Shown here piece by piece: positions 53,703 to 62,275 of a DNA stretch of 64,000 bases. The DNA is from a virus (taxonomy: Duplodnaviria; Heunggongvirae; Uroviricota; Caudoviricetes): IMG/VR virus record IMGVR_UViG_3300042894_003937; one strand, written 5' to 3'. Below the pieces are notes generated by a model, which was given only the letters and a program-made list of their open reading frames with translations, searched no databases and had not been told where the DNA came from. The translations under genes and the position numbers were made by a program. Numbering within the stretch: position 1 is the first letter of the stretch; the number at the start of each line of letters is the position of its first letter.

Positions 53703-54212
53703 TTATATATCTAATTTTACTTGATTTTTCTTTACCTTTATAATAACACCAATACTTATCAAATCTGGATCTGGTGTCCACTTATAATATATATGATCCT
53801 TCCAATAACCTTCTGAATCAAATACATCATCATTAATGACTCTGGCATAACTGAAATTTTTACTAACATTTACAAATGAATAATCGTTCTTTTGACGGTA
53901 TCTAAATCTAACACTTGGTTCACGTGAATCTACATCACCATCGAAAAAAGTACCTATATCATATCTATTAGATAATAATTGTAAGAAAGGAATATAATAA
54001 TCCTTTACATCATCCCATTTAAAAAACTCTCTACCATTATTCTTTGCTAAAAAAATACCAAACTGTCCCGTAGTTGCCCTTGCACGTGGATCGTCACCGC
54101 CCCTAATAGTAACGTTGAAGCTCTCATCCATTAGATAAGCTAATGATGATTCACAGAAGTCTTGTAGGTCTTCTTGGGTTACTCCCTCGTTAAATCTTTT
54201 CAAATGTTTCAT
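53703..54212 (-). CDS. Fam-A paralog
   Basis: MKHLKRFNEG..DFCESSLAYLMDESF..DDVKDYYIPFLQLL. Confidence 0.7.
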   Translation of the reverse strand: MKHLKRFNEGVTQEDLQDFCESSLAYLMDESFNVTIRGGDDPRARATTGQFGIFLAKNNGREFFKWDDVKDYYIPFLQLLSNRYDIGTFFDGDVDSREPSVRFRYRQKNDYSFVNVSKNFSYARVINDDVFDSEGYWKDHIYYKWTPDPDLISIGVIIKVKKNQVKLDI

Positions 54213-54604
54213 TTTAGAAAGAATACTATTTTTTCGACAATCTTTTCTTGTGGAAGATTTTCTAATTCATCATATGAAAGATAAAGTTCTTTGCTATAAT
54301 TACCCACAAAATTTCGATTTGAAACTTGTACTATAATGAATTTATCAGAACCATCTTCTAAACTATTTATTTCATAAACATTATTAAATCTATGTAAGAA
54401 TGGTATAATCTGATCTTTGATTTCTGACCACGGTCTACCGTGTCCATTAGATTGGTAAAGGTATAGTGTAACAAATAAATCTGATCGGTCATTATCAATT
54501 CTAACTTCTAATCCTTCATCCATTAGATAAGCTAGATGGGTTTCACAATAATCTTTTAGATCATATTCGTTTATACTTTCATTAAATCTTTTCAAATATC
54601 TCAT
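54209..54604 (-). CDS. Fam-A paralog
   Basis: MRYLKRFNES..DYCETHLAYLMDEGL..SEIKDQIIPFLHRF. Confidence 0.7.
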   Translation of the reverse strand: MRYLKRFNESINEYDLKDYCETHLAYLMDEGLEVRIDNDRSDLFVTLYLYQSNGHGRPWSEIKDQIIPFLHRFNNVYEINSLEDGSDKFIIVQVSNRNFVGNYSKELYLSYDELENLPQEKIVEKIVFFLK

Positions 54605-54642
54605 AAACTATATATAAATAAAAGTGATTTAATTTTTTAATA

Positions 54643-54670
54643 TATACATTATAAAAATAATATACATTAT
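54643..54670 (+). promoter_or_regulatory. two tandem ATATACATTAT boxes immediately 5' of the ATG
   Basis: atatacattataaaaataatatacattATG. Confidence 0.35.
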
Positions 54671-54878
54671 GAAAAACTTACTAATCTTTGAAGACTTTAA
54701 AGAGGTTCTTATTGTAGAGAAAAATGTGCCGACAAATTCTGAATTGTGGAATACTTGTAAAGCTTGGGCTAAGTCGAAGTATGATGTATGGCCATCTGCG
54801 TATGCTTGTGGTGCTGCTGCAAAAAGATATAAGGCTAAAGGTGGTAAGTGGAAAAAAGCTAAAAAGAAAAAGAAATAA
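54669..54878 (+). CDS. small basic protein (Lys-rich tail KWKKAKKKKK)
   Basis: 69 aa; paralogous N-terminus (M.N.LIFEDF) with the next gene. Confidence 0.45.
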   Translation: MKNLLIFEDFKEVLIVEKNVPTNSELWNTCKAWAKSKYDVWPSAYACGAAAKRYKAKGGKWKKAKKKKK

Positions 54879-55171
54879 TGGAACATATATTATTATTTGA
54901 ACAATTTATTTTAGAGGAAAAGAAAACTAAAGGTGGTTTAGACAAATGGTTTAAAGAAAAATGGGTAGATATATCTAAAACCAATGCTGATGGTTCACAC
55001 CCACCTTGTGGTCGTGATGATGCTGACAAAGGTGGTTATCCAAAATGTAGAAAGGTTAGAGTTGCTGCAAGGATGTCTGCAAAAGAGAAAAAAGCATCTG
55101 TTGCAAGAAAGAGAAAAGTAGAGAAAACCGGTTCGAAAGGTGAAGGTAGAAAACCAAACTATGCAAAATAA
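54878..55171 (+). CDS. small basic protein (K/R-rich C-terminal half)
   Basis: 97 aa; MEHILLFEQF; ATAATG junction. Confidence 0.45.
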   Translation: MEHILLFEQFILEEKKTKGGLDKWFKEKWVDISKTNADGSHPPCGRDDADKGGYPKCRKVRVAARMSAKEKKASVARKRKVEKTGSKGEGRKPNYAK

Positions 55172-55254
55172 TACAAAAGTGATATAATATTTTATATCAC
55201 TTTTTTTATACATTATATTTATCAACAAAGTTATACTCAAATTATATAACGTGT

Positions 55255-56358
55255 ATGAATAAATTAGATAAACAATACACAGACTTGCTACTAGACATTT
55301 TACATAATGGTCAAGCAAAAGGTGATAGAACCGGTACAGGAACAATCTCAGTATTCGGTAGACAGATCAGACATGATATGAAGGATGGTTTTCCTTTACT
55401 AACAACCAAAAAGATGCCATTCAAAACAATCGTAACAGAATTGTTATGGTTTTTAAATGGTGATACTAATATAAAGTATCTAGTTGATAATGGTTGTAAC
55501 ATTTGGAATGGTGATGCTTATAAAAACTATGTCACAAAATTCAAAGAGTATTGGAGTGGAAAAGGATATGATGTACCTACAATGGAAACCTTCGTCGATA
55601 GAATTAAGAATCAACAAGGATTTTCTGAAGAGAATGGTCAGCTAGGTCCAATTTACGGAGCTCAGTGGAGATCTTGGAGAGTTGGTAAGGGAATTGAAAC
55701 TACATTAAAAACTGAAGATGGTGAATCTATATATGAGGCAGGTTCAATGTATATTGACCAAATTGCAAACCTAATCAAAGATTTAAAAACAAATCCAGAT
55801 TCTAGACGATTGATGGTTTCTGCTTGGAATGTGGGAGAATTGGAGAATATGGTTTTACCACCTTGTCATTATGGATTTCAAGTTTATACCAGAGAGTTAG
55901 ATGCAGAGACTAGATATAACATCTGGTTTAATAACAATTATGAAACAGGTATGGAAAGATTCTTTGATCCTAACAAACTACCTGATTATGATAATACATA
56001 TTATATACCGACACCTACCAGAGCAATCTCACTTATGTGGAATCAACGTTCAGTAGATACATTCTTAGGATTGCCATTTAATATAGCTTCTTATGCTCTT
56101 TTATTAGAGATTATTGCAAGAGAAGTGAATATGGTGCCGGATCAATTGATTGGAAATTTAGGTGATGTTCATTTATATTCTAATCATATTGAACAAGCTA
56201 AGGAACAGATTGCGAGAAAAGGATTGGATTTACCTAGTATAATTATAAATAAAGTTATGAAGAAAGCAGATGATTCATTACCTTTATACAATATAACTGA
56301 CTTTAAATTAAATGATTATAAGTCACACGAAACAATTAAAGCAAAATTAAGTAATTAA
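55255..56358 (+). CDS. thyA: thymidylate synthase (ThyA-type, with insertions)
   Basis: DRTGTGT, catalytic LPPCH, WNQRSVDTFLGLPFNIASYALLLEIIA and GD.HLYSNH are collinear with ThyA; 367 aa, so about 80-100 aa of inserts. Confidence 0.92.
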   Translation: MNKLDKQYTDLLLDILHNGQAKGDRTGTGTISVFGRQIRHDMKDGFPLLTTKKMPFKTIVTELLWFLNGDTNIKYLVDNGCNIWNGDAYKNYVTKFKEYWSGKGYDVPTMETFVDRIKNQQGFSEENGQLGPIYGAQWRSWRVGKGIETTLKTEDGESIYEAGSMYIDQIANLIKDLKTNPDSRRLMVSAWNVGELENMVLPPCHYGFQVYTRELDAETRYNIWFNNNYETGMERFFDPNKLPDYDNTYYIPTPTRAISLMWNQRSVDTFLGLPFNIASYALLLEIIAREVNMVPDQLIGNLGDVHLYSNHIEQAKEQIARKGLDLPSIIINKVMKKADDSLPLYNITDFKLNDYKSHETIKAKLSN

Positions 56359-56361
56359 GAT

Positions 56362-56901
56362 ATGGCAAACATTATGACAACTTATGTTAAGGTAGGTAAC
56401 CTTAATGAAGAAACCCACAAAAGATTTGTGGATCTATTTGAAGATACAGAGGATTTACTATCACACTTCAATAAAATATATTCTACTGAATTTTCAGACT
56501 ATGATGAATTAGATAGAGATTGGATGGTAGAAAACATTGGATCTAAATGGATATCTATAGAATGTGACGACGATTTATCTTATAATGATAGTATGGATTT
56601 AGTTTTAGAAACAGCTTGGTCAGTACCAACTGAATACCTTCAAAAGGTGGTTGAATTTATTGGTGATGATGTTGTTGTATATGGAACTTATGAGGATGAA
56701 TCTTATGATCCAATCGGTGCATTCGTATATGCAGTTGATTATGATGATATTGAGGATTATGAAGAGGTTGAATTAGAGCGTATTCATGAAGATGATGATT
56801 ATATGGAATCGATGTATGATGAATTATACCAACTTCGTGATTCTTTATATGAATCATATCTTGAAGTAATTTATGAGAGAGCAAACGAAGAACAAATATG
56901 A
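56362..56901 (+). CDS. highly acidic hypothetical protein
   Basis: 179 aa, D/E-rich. Confidence 0.5.
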   Translation: MANIMTTYVKVGNLNEETHKRFVDLFEDTEDLLSHFNKIYSTEFSDYDELDRDWMVENIGSKWISIECDDDLSYNDSMDLVLETAWSVPTEYLQKVVEFIGDDVVVYGTYEDESYDPIGAFVYAVDYDDIEDYEEVELERIHEDDDYMESMYDELYQLRDSLYESYLEVIYERANEEQI

Positions 56902-57401
56902 AAAGAATACTAACAACACTTTTACTAATAGTTTCAATAGTATGTACCGCTCAAACACCAGTAACTCTCGTATTTGACAATGGTATGACTGTGGTAAATG
57001 GATTTGTAGATGATGGTGTTCAGATTATTCTACCACCGAAATATAACTTCTTTATGTATGGTGAGAGAAACATTATGGGTATTGAACAGTTTGATTCGAT
57101 TGAACAATATAGATTAGTTGAGAAGGAGTTTCGGTATATGTATCAAGCTAGATTATATGGAGATACAGAAGTATCGATAGAGATTCAAGATCATCCAATG
57201 TTTGAATATTGTACTGTGATTTACTTCTTTTATGAGTCTGGCATGTCTACTAATGGTATAACAAATATGTGGACTTCGATGGGTAATGGGGATCATCATA
57301 TTATTATAACGACTTATGAAGGTATTTACTATAAAGCTTTTATAAGAATAAAAGATGGATGTTTGGTAGAACAAAGAGAGTTACCGATATATCATGAGTA
57401 A
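56898..57401 (+). CDS. secreted hypothetical protein (signal peptide)
   Basis: MKRILTTLLLIVSIVCTAQ. Confidence 0.5.
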   Translation: MKRILTTLLLIVSIVCTAQTPVTLVFDNGMTVVNGFVDDGVQIILPPKYNFFMYGERNIMGIEQFDSIEQYRLVEKEFRYMYQARLYGDTEVSIEIQDHPMFEYCTVIYFFYESGMSTNGITNMWTSMGNGDHHIIITTYEGIYYKAFIRIKDGCLVEQRELPIYHE

Positions 57402-57546
57402 TTATATTTGTAGTGTTGATTTAGTAACTGATAATCCAACGGTTATTATTACGTCAACACCTTATGGAAGTAATTGGTCAAGTTTTATAGGCTTCCATTT
57501 CAAATTAAGACGTATAGAAAAGATTAGACGAATTTTCAATGGGTAA
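57394..57546 (+). CDS. tiny basic peptide, Fam-D (..FHFKLRRIEKIRRIFNG), 50 aa
   Basis: Hand translation; overlaps neighbours by ATGA-type junctions. Confidence 0.3.
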   Translation: MSNYICSVDLVTDNPTVIITSTPYGSNWSSFIGFHFKLRRIEKIRRIFNG

Positions 57547-57643
57547 AAATAAATGGAGAAATATATTTCGAGCTAGATTAAGAAAGCATAAAATTAGAAG
57601 GATATTCTCTATGGGAATACCTGAATACTGGCAAAATATTTAA
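57539..57643 (+). CDS. tiny basic peptide, Fam-D (MGKNKWRNIFRARLRKHKIRRIFSMGIPEYWQNI), 34 aa
   Basis: Hand translation; its nucleotides aaggatattctctatgggaatacc are homologous to 18726-18750. Confidence 0.3.
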   Translation: MGKNKWRNIFRARLRKHKIRRIFSMGIPEYWQNI

Positions 57644-57648
57644 AAGAA

Positions 57649-57759
57649 ATGTATCAAAAAACATCAGGAAAATGGAATCCAATTACTAGACATAGTATAT
57701 TACGATCAAATGTAAGAAAGATTAAGATAATGAATATCTTTATGAATATAAAAAAATAA
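57649..57759 (+). CDS. tiny basic peptide, Fam-D (..ILRSNVRKIKIMNIFMNIKK), 36 aa
   Basis: Hand translation. Confidence 0.3.
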   Translation: MYQKTSGKWNPITRHSILRSNVRKIKIMNIFMNIKK

Positions 57760-57766
57760 AAAATAA

Positions 57767-58195
57767 ATGAAAAAGGAAATACAATTAAGATCAATACTAG
57801 ATGATGAAGGTCATTTAGCTAGTCCACAATTACCATCTGATATTAAAAATTATCTAATAGATATTGATGGTACTATTACAGATGATGTACCTAATGAAGA
57901 GCATGAACGTATGTCAGTAGTTATACCTTACTCTGATTCTGTAGAAACATTAAATAGATGGTATGATGAAGGACATGTTATCACATTCTTTACTTCTAGA
58001 ACAGAAGAGCATAGAGACATAACTGAGGCTTGGTTAAACAAGTGGGGTTATAAGTATCATGGATTACTAATGAATAAACCAAGAGGTGGTAACTATCATT
58101 GGGTAGATAATCATATTGTAAAGGGAACTAGATACGAGGGTGTTTGGAGTGATCTTGTTAGAGAAGAAAGAACGATAGAAGTTTTCCCATCATAA
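57767..58195 (+). CDS. HAD-superfamily hydrolase-like protein (motif I LIDIDGTITDD)
   Basis: 142 aa; DxDGT near the N-terminus; FFTSRTEEHRD motif-II-like. Confidence 0.5.
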   Translation: MKKEIQLRSILDDEGHLASPQLPSDIKNYLIDIDGTITDDVPNEEHERMSVVIPYSDSVETLNRWYDEGHVITFFTSRTEEHRDITEAWLNKWGYKYHGLLMNKPRGGNYHWVDNHIVKGTRYEGVWSDLVREERTIEVFPS

Positions 58196-58225
58196 GTAAT
58201 TAAACAATTAAAAATAATAATAAAT

Positions 58226-58555
58226 ATGAAAAAACATTTTAGAGCGACTGAATATTTTACTATTTACGCAGCAACAGAACCAATTGAATTAGACAGTGAT
58301 TTATTCCCAGAGTTTGAGGGAACAACTGAACAGGAATTTTTTGACTACATATCAGAGAATTATAATGACTTAGCAGAGGATGAATCTTTACCAGAAGAAG
58401 TAAGAAATTCTCTTTGGACACTTATTGAAGGTGAGAAGTTTGATTACTTTAATTCATCATATAAAGGTTATGAAGGTGATATTCAAATGGGTAAACCAAA
58501 TGAAACTTGGCATAAGACTGGTGGATTTGAAGTTGAACTTACAACTGGATACTAA
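58226..58555 (+). CDS. acidic small protein, Fam-C (ATEYFT..ELDSD..FEG..E.F.DYI)
   Basis: Paralogous to 62013..62273 and 62276..62569. Confidence 0.5.
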   Translation: MKKHFRATEYFTIYAATEPIELDSDLFPEFEGTTEQEFFDYISENYNDLAEDESLPEEVRNSLWTLIEGEKFDYFNSSYKGYEGDIQMGKPNETWHKTGGFEVELTTGY

Positions 58556-58813
58556 TTGAATCTCGACAATATACAAAAGGTTATCTGTATAAAAAATACA
58601 CGTGAGATTGATGGTGAGATATTTGTAGAAAATAGATTACAGGTTGGTAAGATATATGATATGCAACGTATTTTATATACTGATGATAACTCCTGGGACT
58701 TATGGAATTGTTATATACATGATGGAGAGGTTTTTATAGTACCTTTAGATTTTTTTGAGTATTTAGAACAGTGGAGAGATAAACAATTAAATATTTTATT
58801 AAATAGCAAATGA
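58556..58813 (+). CDS. Fam-B small protein (..KVICIKN.., ..EQWRDKQLNILLNSK)
   Basis: 85 aa. Confidence 0.5.
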   Translation: MNLDNIQKVICIKNTREIDGEIFVENRLQVGKIYDMQRILYTDDNSWDLWNCYIHDGEVFIVPLDFFEYLEQWRDKQLNILLNSK

Positions 58814-59019
58814 GAAAAATAATAACATTACTTGCCATTTTACTTCTTTTTAGTTGTAAAACAGCAGAAGAAAGAATATACAAACATAGTTATACTGATT
58901 CTTGGTATTATACAGACAGCGGAGAAAGATACCAAGTATACCAAACTTCTATGGGTAATAAGTATATTTTAGTTATAAACAAGAAACAAACAAAAACTAT
59001 TAGAAAATACATAAAATGA
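58810..59019 (+). CDS. small lipoprotein (lipobox LLFSC)
   Basis: MRKIITLLAILLLFSCKT. Confidence 0.5.
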   Translation: MRKIITLLAILLLFSCKTAEERIYKHSYTDSWYYTDSGERYQVYQTSMGNKYILVINKKQTKTIRKYIK

Positions 59020-59171
59020 GTAACCCGGCAAGACAAATTCGTAAGAGATTTAGTGATGAAGTAATCAGTAAGTTATTAGAATTGAAATGGTGGGATAAAA
59101 CTGAGTCTGAGATAAATGATATATCTGATATTCTTTGCTCTGATGATATACAAAAATTAAATAAATTATAA
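59016..59171 (+). CDS. small hypothetical protein (51 aa, MSNPARQIRKRFSDEVISKLLELKWWDK..)
   Basis: Hand translation; ATGA and TAATG junctions with both neighbours. Confidence 0.35.
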   Translation: MSNPARQIRKRFSDEVISKLLELKWWDKTESEINDISDILCSDDIQKLNKL

Positions 59172-59752
59172 TGAAAAGAACAGATATTATAAATAAACTT
59201 GTTGTAAAATATAACTACAAATCATATTTAGAGGTTGGTACTCAAGATCCATCATCTAACTTTGATCTAATAAATATAGAACATAAGGTTTCTATTGACC
59301 CATTTCCTAGAGGTGCAGTTACTTTTGTTGGAACATCTGATGAATATTTTGATTCAATTACTAAGGATGTAAAGTATGATATTATTTTTATTGATGGTTT
59401 ACATCATTCAGAACAAGTATTAAAAGATATTGAAAATTCATTAAATCATTTATCTGATAATGGAACAATTGTTTGTCATGATTGTTTACCAACAACTGAA
59501 AAGATGCAATATAGAGAAGATCACGGTGAAGAATGGACTGGTGATGTTTGGAAAGCAATTGCCGAATTAAGAGTTGTACGAACTGATTTAGATATAAAGG
59601 TAGTAGATAGTGATTATGGTTGTGGTATAATTAGAAGAGGTACTAATATACCATATCAAACATCTGAGGATTATAAAACATATTCTCACTTTTCATTAAA
59701 TAGAAATCATTTAATGAATGTTATCTCAACCAATGATTTATTAAAAATATGA
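59171..59752 (+). CDS. class I SAM-dependent methyltransferase-like protein (TylF/CmcI-like fold)
   Basis: LEVGTQDPSS.., DIIFIDGLH, DNGTIVCHD. Confidence 0.5.
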   Translation: MKRTDIINKLVVKYNYKSYLEVGTQDPSSNFDLINIEHKVSIDPFPRGAVTFVGTSDEYFDSITKDVKYDIIFIDGLHHSEQVLKDIENSLNHLSDNGTIVCHDCLPTTEKMQYREDHGEEWTGDVWKAIAELRVVRTDLDIKVVDSDYGCGIIRRGTNIPYQTSEDYKTYSHFSLNRNHLMNVISTNDLLKI

Positions 59753-59874
59753 TAAAATTTGATTTAGACTTAGGACAGAAAGATTGGACTGAAAAAGATT
59801 GGATAGAACTTGATTCACGTATGAGAGCTATCCGAAGAATGATGAAGATAAAAGATATATTTGAACATGACTGA
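59749..59874 (+). CDS. tiny peptide, Fam-D (..WIELDSRMRAIRRMMKIKDIFEHD), 41 aa
   Basis: Hand translation; SRMR.I.R core as in 18763..18864. Confidence 0.35.
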   Translation: MIKFDLDLGQKDWTEKDWIELDSRMRAIRRMMKIKDIFEHD

Positions 59875-59888
59875 TTAAAATTTAATAG

Positions 59889-59920
59889 AAGATTCTAAAT
59901 TTTTAGAGTCTTTTTTTTAT
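59889..59920 (+). terminator. hairpin agattctaaa-ttt-ttagagtct plus T8
   Basis: Stem with one G:U, then tttttttt. Confidence 0.5.
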
Positions 59921-59929
59921 ATATAAGTA

Positions 59930-60340
59930 ATGAAGTATTTAAAAAGTATTTTTGAGTCTAGGAGTGAAAAAGATCTTACTGAGTTACAAGATACTTGTGA
60001 GATGTATCTAGCTTATTTAATTGATAATGGATTTCATGTTGAGATACAAGATTTTGATATAATAGATATAGACATTAGAAATGATTTAGATGCTAATGAG
60101 GAAGAAACTTTTAAATGGTCGGACGTAAAGGATCATGTGATACCTTTAATAACTTTATTTAAGAATGATCATTTTAGATATAAATTAAAAGAGACTGTTT
60201 TATTCTATAAGGGTAAGCCAGATGATATGGTGAGTATTTCTAATTTTAATTCTGGTAGACGCCACATAGGATTAGATGAGAATTTAGAATCAATAAAAGA
60301 AGATCAAGAAATAATTTGCTTAACAATAAGAGTTCGATAG
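59930..60340 (+). CDS. Fam-A paralog
   Basis: MKYLKSIFES..DTCEMYLAYLIDNGF..SDVKDHVIPLITLF. Confidence 0.7.
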   Translation: MKYLKSIFESRSEKDLTELQDTCEMYLAYLIDNGFHVEIQDFDIIDIDIRNDLDANEEETFKWSDVKDHVIPLITLFKNDHFRYKLKETVLFYKGKPDDMVSISNFNSGRRHIGLDENLESIKEDQEIICLTIRVR

Positions 60341-60341
60341 T

Positions 60342-60788
60342 ATGAGATATTTAAGAAAATTTGAGAATTTACAGGATAGATTTACCACTGATGAATTGTC
60401 TGAAATAAGGAATAAGTGTGAGATGTATCTGGCTTATTTAGTTGATAATGGATTTGATATTGATATAGATAATACAGAAAGTACTCATAGTTGTATAGAT
60501 ATAACACAATCTAATACACTGGATGCTAAACTACATTTTACTGAAACTGGTGATGGTGTATCTTGGTCAGAAATAAAGGATAATATTATTCCTTTAATTT
60601 CTTTATTTATGAAAGGTGACTTTGATTGTCAATTATTAAATATAGAATTTTTCTTTTGGAGAAAAAGACCTATACTAGTGGAAGCTGAAGATTTTGAGGA
60701 TTTTATTAATGATAGACCTCATTCATTTTCATTGAAAGATTTAGAAGGTAATGGTATATCGTGTATAACATTAGAAATAAAGAAATAA
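60342..60788 (+). CDS. Fam-A paralog
   Basis: MRYLRKFENL..NKCEMYLAYLVDNGF..SEIKDNIIPLISLF. Confidence 0.7.
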   Translation: MRYLRKFENLQDRFTTDELSEIRNKCEMYLAYLVDNGFDIDIDNTESTHSCIDITQSNTLDAKLHFTETGDGVSWSEIKDNIIPLISLFMKGDFDCQLLNIEFFFWRKRPILVEAEDFEDFINDRPHSFSLKDLEGNGISCITLEIKK

Positions 60789-60790
60789 GT

Positions 60791-61261
60791 ATGAGATATT
60801 TAAAAAAATTTTTTGAGAGTTTTGAAGAAAATGTATTACAAGACTTCTGTGAAACCCATCTAGCTTATTTGTTAGATGAAGGATATGAATTATATATTGG
60901 TGATGAACGTGGTAAGAAAACAATCAGTATAACTATACCGAGTGATGTAAGTGATGAAGATGGTGAGTATGATACTGGTGAATTTGAATGGAATAATGTT
61001 AAAGATCATTACATAACATTTTTAACACATTTGAATAATAAGTATAACGTTGTTCCTTATTTTGATCAAAACTCTTTTGTAGCGTACGATTGGTTTACGA
61101 GAGATGAAAAAGATGTCGTCGAATTTTTTACTAACTCTGCCGGAGTGAAGCCAGGAGAAGAACAATATAGACATTATTATTCAGTACAAGAAGTACTTGA
61201 TGATAAACCTTCAGAATTAGATAGTTGTTTATATGAAATAACTGTAAAGGTGCAATTATAA
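60791..61261 (+). CDS. Fam-A paralog (start at MRYLKKFFES)
   Basis: DFCETHLAYLLDEGY..NNVKDHYITFLTHL. Confidence 0.7.
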   Translation: MRYLKKFFESFEENVLQDFCETHLAYLLDEGYELYIGDERGKKTISITIPSDVSDEDGEYDTGEFEWNNVKDHYITFLTHLNNKYNVVPYFDQNSFVAYDWFTRDEKDVVEFFTNSAGVKPGEEQYRHYYSVQEVLDDKPSELDSCLYEITVKVQL

Positions 61262-61912
61262 TATTGGTTTATAAACGGTATTTACAAATACCATTTTTTC
61301 GTTACTATTGTATATTAGTTGTTTATAAGGTTCATAATTGATTGATTTCATAAAGTTATTATAATCTACTGCTCTCGTATCTATCTCTAGTACTATGATA
61401 GGTTTGTCTCTTTCTATAAGCTCTTTAGCACCTTTTAAAGCATTAAACTCATATCCTTCGAGGTCTAAATGTATTAAATCGATTTTTTCAATAAGAAAAT
61501 CATCTAATTTGATCATATCTATTCTAATACCTTCTCCGATTTCACTTCGAGGTCCCATTTCTAATCCTGATTCATCGATATGTTTTAGACTACTTTTACA
61601 ATTACTTTCACCTAAAGCTTGTTTATATAAGCTAACATTGGTTAAATTATTTAGTACTATTGTTTGTAAAGTACATTTGTGCATTAAAGGATTAGGCTCA
61701 AAAACAAATACTCGATTACAATCTTTTAGTGCTGGTAGAAAATCACCAAATCCGGAACCTGCGTGTATAACATTTCCACCAATTGATTTTATGTATTCGA
61801 TTGTAGTTTCTTCGTGAACACCACCGTCTATAATAGTTTGAGCGGTATATGTGTATTTGATTTCTTCGGGTATTACGTATACTCCGTATTTATTCTGTGC
61901 TTTTAACATCAT
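61256..61912 (-). CDS. FkbM-family methyltransferase
   Basis: IHAGSGFGDF..; IDLIHLDLEGYEFNALKGAKELIERDKPIIVLEI matches the FkbM-domain signature. Confidence 0.65.
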   Translation of the reverse strand: MMLKAQNKYGVYVIPEEIKYTYTAQTIIDGGVHEETTIEYIKSIGGNVIHAGSGFGDFLPALKDCNRVFVFEPNPLMHKCTLQTIVLNNLTNVSLYKQALGESNCKSSLKHIDESGLEMGPRSEIGEGIRIDMIKLDDFLIEKIDLIHLDLEGYEFNALKGAKELIERDKPIIVLEIDTRAVDYNNFMKSINYEPYKQLIYNSNEKMVFVNTVYKPIL

Positions 61913-61920
61913 ATTATTTG

Positions 61921-62002
61921 ATATTGGGATAGGACTCGAACCTACAACGATACAACCTTTGAAAGGATGACATGCCTTTTTGCCATTACGTACTACCCAA
62001 TA
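61921..62002 (-). tRNA. tRNA-like gene (canonical acceptor and T arms; middle non-canonical; possible UCA anticodon loop)
   Basis: Minus-strand RNA TATTGGG..GTAGG-TTCGAGT-CCTAT-CCCAATA-T; candidate anticodon loop TTTCAAA flanked by an imperfect stem CATCC/GGTTG. Confidence 0.4.
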
Positions 62003-62012
62003 ATTGTTCTAT

Positions 62013-62273
62013 TTAATCAGTAAGAACTTCTGTTTCATCACCAGTGATTTTGTTTTTAACAATCTCTTGATCCATTAATTCATCCCATAGTGAATAGTAG
62101 TTATCAGTATCTTCTCCTTCTTTATACATATCAGAAGAATTCCATTTGATGTAATCTTTTGCTTCTTCTTCGGACATTCCTTTTAATTCATGGTAGTCCT
62201 CAGTATTGATTATAAGTTCATCCCTTACTATATAAGTGGTGAAGTATTCTGTTGCTTGTGCTTTAATTTCCAT
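62013..62273 (-). CDS. acidic small protein, Fam-C
   Basis: ..ATEYFTTYIVRDELIINTEDYHELKGMSEEEAKDYI.. Confidence 0.5.
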   Translation of the reverse strand: MEIKAQATEYFTTYIVRDELIINTEDYHELKGMSEEEAKDYIKWNSSDMYKEGEDTDNYYSLWDELMDQEIVKNKITGDETEVLTD

Positions 62274-62275
62274 TA

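Noticed and set aside
54629-55345. Minus-strand ORFs 54629..54886, 54995..55345 and 55311..55502
   Set aside because: Antisense to the basic-protein pair and the thyA 5' end; hydrophobic low-complexity translations typical of reverse-frame artefacts.
61395-61817. 140-aa plus-strand ORF
   Set aside because: Antisense to the FkbM methyltransferase gene, which has a clear domain signature.
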